This document shows, one piece after another, positions 56,801-64,000 of a DNA stretch of 64,000 nt. The stretch comes from Chrysomallon squamiferum (lineage: Eukaryota; Animalia; Mollusca): assembly GCA_012295275.1 (NCBI GenBank), contig CM022665.1:38502001-38566000 (forward strand), given 5' to 3'. The translations under genes were made by a program, and so were the position numbers. The notes under the pieces are model-generated. The model made no database searches, was not told the DNA's origin, and was given only the letters and a program-made list of their open reading frames with translations. Within the stretch, counting starts at the first letter, position 1; every line of letters starts with the position of its first letter.

Positions 56801-59731
56801 AAGGATTCCTTTAGGACTATTTGCAGCATGGATTGCTGCTTCCTCAAAATTACCATCTTCAAAAAGTTCATTAAATTTCTCAATGTATTCTAACATCATC
56901 TCTGCTTCCTTTTCTTTATTTGGATCATCTTCTTCAAATAAACCTGTATGAGATGGAGTGCTCTCCCTTACCAGTCCATCTTCTTCTACTGAAAATAAAA
57001 TAATGAAATTATTTTTTTTCCCCTTATTTTTTGTTGGTTTAAAATGTAACTGATGATACGTCATTAATCATAATTCAGCTTTAACAATTATGATCAAAAA
57101 AATAAAATAAAATAAAATATAATAAAATAAAATACATAATAGAAAAAATATATATATACAGGAAAAAAAAAAATTAGTTTGATCATTTATGATACAACTG
57201 AATAAAATAATTTGTTTAATTAAACATTACATTCTTAAATTTCAATATTATATATTTTTAGATTAAATATTATAACTTTTGTTATTAATCTGTACTTTAT
57301 TTTAATTTCATTAATGAACAAAAATCAAATGCATTATCTCACCACTTTCGTTTGACACTGAACCAAACACATGTAAGAATGCATATGATACTGCATCTCC
57401 TACAGTCTGGTGTGGTGGTTTTACACGATTGTATTCTTCTGCAGCTTCAAGTGCAACTTTAAGCTTCTGGCTCTTAGACTTGTATACATTTCTTTGCCAG
57501 AGAAGCTGATCCCTGAACATAACTTTCTTAACCAGGCTTTCTTTCAGCTCAACTTTTCTTGATTTTGGCAAGAATCGAGTTTTGTAGCTGATGTTCAGTT
57601 CTTTCAACTGTCTCTCTAGCTTTTCCAGCTTCTTGTTCAAGACTTTCAAATCAGTGGACTCTTCTAAACTTAGACCTATATTAGGAATATGTAATTAATA
57701 ATGTTTTTCTTTGAACTTCCTGTTACAATAATTGATACTAATTTTTATAAGATGTTTAATACCTTATGTCTGAAGATCATTTAATACAAAATATTGTGTT
57801 GATAATTTATTAATACAGTGATAATTTATGGAAAATAGTGCAAGTGTTTTATACTTGCCATACCTTAGGCACACCACAGGTTACATATCAGTATAGTATA
57901 TTGACTTTATCAAATGAAAGCTGAACAGCAAGAATAAAATATTGATTCTAAACAAAGATTTGCTTGGGTTCACTAAAAATTATCTGCTTTATTTAAAATC
58001 AGAAGAAGATTATAAAGAATCAAGCTATAAAAAAAAAAATGTAAATCTGTTACATATCTAACATGTATGACATTATTTATAATCTTGTGTTAAACAAATA
58101 AGAAAAACATAATTTCCTAAATTTTACAAATATAACAAATAATGGGAGATCCTGTGTGGGTCTTAGACATATCTGTCTTTCTCCATTTGGATGCAAATAT
58201 TAATATAGTGGAGAAAAAGAAATTAATTGCTTTGTTCATAATAATGAATATGTACATTTGTTAAATGTTTCTGTTGTGGACATAATTTTCAGATACATTA
58301 TTCTATGTAACTAGGGGTTTTTTTTGCTATTTTTATCCATTTTTATCCATGTCATGCATGCATGCTAACATCCAGTAATGTGAATCTGTTTTTAAAAATA
58401 AAATTTTCAATTCTACATACATACAGTGATGCTAGTTTGCAGATTTTTTCTTTAAAATCTCTGCTAATTCAGATACCGACCCCTATTAACATTCTAGATC
58501 TGCCCCTGACAAACCTGGAATTCGCCGACTGTCCTTCTTTAGTTTGTTTTGGGGATATTCTTTGGCTTCTTCTTTTCTCTCTCGTTCTGCTCTGGTAGAT
58601 CTCAACTCTGCTAGTTCTTTTTCAAGTCGCATGTTGTCTTTGTGAACCACTGATATACTGCAAGTAAAATGTCATGAATATAAATACACTTTTTCTATTG
58701 CATTTGTTATTTTTTAGCTTTTATTGTTTTTGTGTGTTTTGTAATATATAATTCAAATAAAATAAGGAAGCAATTAAATCTTTTGTTTTGCAATTGTAAG
58801 TCTCAGTTAACGGTTTATTTTTTACCCTAAATTCCTCTATTCATATTCCTTTGTTTAGAATCAATATTTTATTCTTACTGTTCTGCTTTCGTTTGATAAA
58901 GTCAGTACACTATACTGATATGTAATCTGTGATGTACCTAAGGTATGGAAAGAAATTTTGATTCTTTAAATTTTGTTGTTGTTGGTTTTTTTTGTAAAAA
59001 GTTATTACCGTTCTTCTAGTTCATCTGCTCTTTTTCTGTAATTTCTTATAGTAGACGGTTCAGATGCCATAGCTTTTAGTTTTTCCTGCAGGAAAATGGC
59101 TTCTCTCTGACCTTTCCTAATTGTCTCAATGGTATCTTCATATTCCTTCTTGATGTCTGTCAGAAGTGGCAAATAGGCTTTCACATGGTCTATCACCTAT
59201 AAAATGTAAAAGAAAGAAGTGACCCAGGTAACTCATGTATAAGAAAAAGTACTAAAATCTACTATCTGTGTTGTGATGATAAAATCAGAATGAGTCAAAA
59301 TCATAGATCATTAGATGTAACTGAACATTTTTGAAAAGATTAACTTGCAATGAAAATTTAAAATAAAAAATAAAATCATAAAAAAATGTATTGTACATTT
59401 AAAAAAAAAAAAAGAAAAGAATAACAGCCACAAGTCTAATAATAAATGAACAGATTTTTACAATTATTGTATATTTCTTATAAAATTCTATGATTTACAT
59501 ATTATAAATCATTTAAAATAACATATATTTATATACCTTGTCAAAAGCACCTTTGTAGACCAAATACCGCTGTTCTTCATCATCCTCTGTAACTTTCCCC
59601 ATTTCATCTTTAATGTACAGATTCAAATCATGTAAGAATTCACGATCAGACAGGCTGTTTATAATTGGAGGCAGTTTAGTGTAGCCTGACTGGGTGCTGT
59701 TTGGTGTTGATGATCCACTGGCAGAAATCAT
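53682..59731 (-). CDS. CLHC1: Clathrin heavy chain linker domain-containing protein 1, 8 coding exons, 612 aa
   Basis: Minus-strand exons 59731-59537, 59196-59009, 58657-58515, 57675-57343, 56988-56770, 56103-55929, 54633-54248, 53881-53682 join in frame (1839 nt). Motifs LPPII..[58 protein letters not shown]...AA.[11 protein letters not shown] (clathrin-linker-like) and LDLLYHWLAQDRL match the human CLHC1 sequence as I recall it. Confidence 0.92.
54248..54633 (-). CDS. CLHC1: CLHC1 coding exon 7
   Basis: Weak catgtgaag| acceptor that restores the conserved RLTVSLEIG junction; donor AAG|gtttgc; CQALAQ...CLMRQG. Confidence 0.85.
54726..55445 (+). mobile_element. Internally deleted Tigger/pogo-type (Tc1/mariner superfamily) DNA transposon in a CLHC1 intron
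   Basis: TIRs CAGTGGTACTTTGACT (54726) and AGTCAAGGAACCACTG (ends 55445), 14/16 complementary. TA follows the right end and TG precedes the left (mutated TA TSD). Frameshifted transposase N-terminus from 54972: MDCKKVSAKDSAEKKNWMMTIELKHEIIE/HEAGVNVVDSARQYE...ILKLKELIKAVTPAKCVKII (CENP-B/psq-type HTH); no DDE domain. Confidence 0.88.
55683..55910 (+). mobile_element. Degenerate SINE-like dispersed repeat fragment (same family) in a CLHC1 intron
   Basis: gctattt...gcaatgcactacgactagttt...ctttcctgtctatgggaaggt; similar to 23689 and to the reverse complement of 32150-32250. Confidence 0.5.
55929..56103 (-). CDS. CLHC1: CLHC1 coding exon 6
   Basis: tttgtcacag| acceptor, AG|gtaata donor; YKGPYTGRSPLLAFCDALM...CALDENKLDLLYHWLAQD. 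Confidence 0.92.
56770..56988 (-). CDS. CLHC1: CLHC1 coding exon 5 (clathrin heavy-chain linker-like)
   Basis: attttcag| acceptor, G|gtttgt donor; [47 protein letters not shown]. Confidence 0.92.
57343..57675 (-). CDS. CLHC1: CLHC1 coding exon 4
   Basis: atatag| acceptor, G|gtgaga donor; LSLEESTDLKVLNKKLEKLERQL... Confidence 0.9.
58515..58657 (-). CDS. CLHC1: CLHC1 coding exon 3 (coiled coil)
   Basis: cttgcag| acceptor, CAG|gtttgt donor; ISVVHKDNMRLEKELAELRSTRAERERKEEAKEYPQNKLKKDSRRIPG; not in the supplied ORF track on this strand. Confidence 0.9.
59009..59196 (-). CDS. CLHC1: CLHC1 coding exon 2
   Basis: ttttatag|GTG acceptor, CG|gtaata donor; [20 protein letters not shown]. Confidence 0.92.
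59537..59731 (-). CDS. CLHC1: CLHC1 coding exon 1
   Basis: ATG at 59731 (aaaATG); donor AAG|gtatat; LPPIINSLSDREFL. Confidence 0.88.
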
Positions 59732-60178
59732 TTTGATTTTTGTCTTTTGCGTTTTCTTCTAATAATTAATTAGGGTGATCAATCCATTGTTATATTCGCA
59801 GTACACCCTTAAAATTATAATAATTTAACATAACAAATTATGTTCCATTAACAAAATTATTCACACTAATATTATAAATATAATTTTCGACTAAAACTAT
59901 TTCATTTTATTAAGGTACTAAACTTAAACTTGAGGTTAATTAAGTCTGTTTAACTTAAATTTAAAATTTAAAATTACAATAGTACTCAGTAATTTACTGT
60001 GTAATTTATAACATTAGATCACAGTATTTATACATTATTTTAAAACAATATTCCGATTTTCATTAAAGTATTTTCCAAATAACAACATTTTCTTATGAGA
60101 GTTATATTAAATATATATGTTTCATATTATGCTAGCACATAAAATACATAAAATATAAGTAAAATGCAAATCTGTTAC

Positions 60179-60220
60179 CTTCTTATAACCTCTAGAAGGA
60201 AGTCTCCATTTGTAAACAAC
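60179..60220 (-). other. CLHC1: Candidate non-coding first exon of CLHC1 (5' end uncertain), splicing to acceptor at 59807
   Basis: Minus-strand donor AAG|gtaaca (exon ends 60179) and acceptor ttttaag|GG (exon starts 59807) upstream of the ATG. Confidence 0.55.
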
Positions 60221-60267
60221 CAGTCGCGAGGAAGTGACATCACACATCACAGCAAGTTTCCGACAAA

Positions 60268-63930
<3,663 letters not shown>

Positions 63931-64000
63931 GTAGGGAAATTAATTGACTAACATTAATATTTTAAAAATTGTTTGATTATGATATTTAAAACAAAAAAAT

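Noticed and set aside
58362-58598. Plus-strand 78-aa ORF
   Set aside because: Antisense shadow of CLHC1 exon 3
60202-60217. RFX X-box at the CLHC1 promoter (GTCTCCATTTGTAAAC)
   Set aside because: The second half-site does not fit the RGYAAC consensus; only the forkhead motif is retained

Overview
AT-rich, microsatellite-dense eukaryotic genomic DNA from an invertebrate animal. A mollusc, possibly a gastropod, is my inference from repeat style, SINE-like remnants and mosaic CpG depletion. The window has two compartments. (1) 1 to ~45.6 kb is a CpG-retaining, SSR-rich stretch with no recognisable protein gene. It holds only a candidate terminal exon at 509-683 with a DSGYGS motif, candidate micro-exons, SINE-like relics, minisatellites, an inverted duplicated cassette and a nested-palindrome locus. 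(2) ~45.7-64 kb is a CpG-depleted block with three spliced genes that I reconstructed by hand with phase-consistent GT-AG junctions. These are a 403-aa type II membrane DUF1647-like putative glycosyltransferase (+, 8 coding exons), CLHC1 (-, 8 coding exons, 612 aa) with a Tigger/pogo deletion derivative in an intron, and the first 6 exons of PSMC4/Rpt3 (+, runs off the window). CLHC1 and PSMC4 are head-to-head across a CpG-retaining promoter with ETS/CRE-like, TCGCGA and forkhead motifs, plus two consensus ARE motifs in PSMC4 intron 1. Most ORFs in the supplied track are microsatellite artefacts. I found no clearly novel biological system; the best leads are listed as findings.
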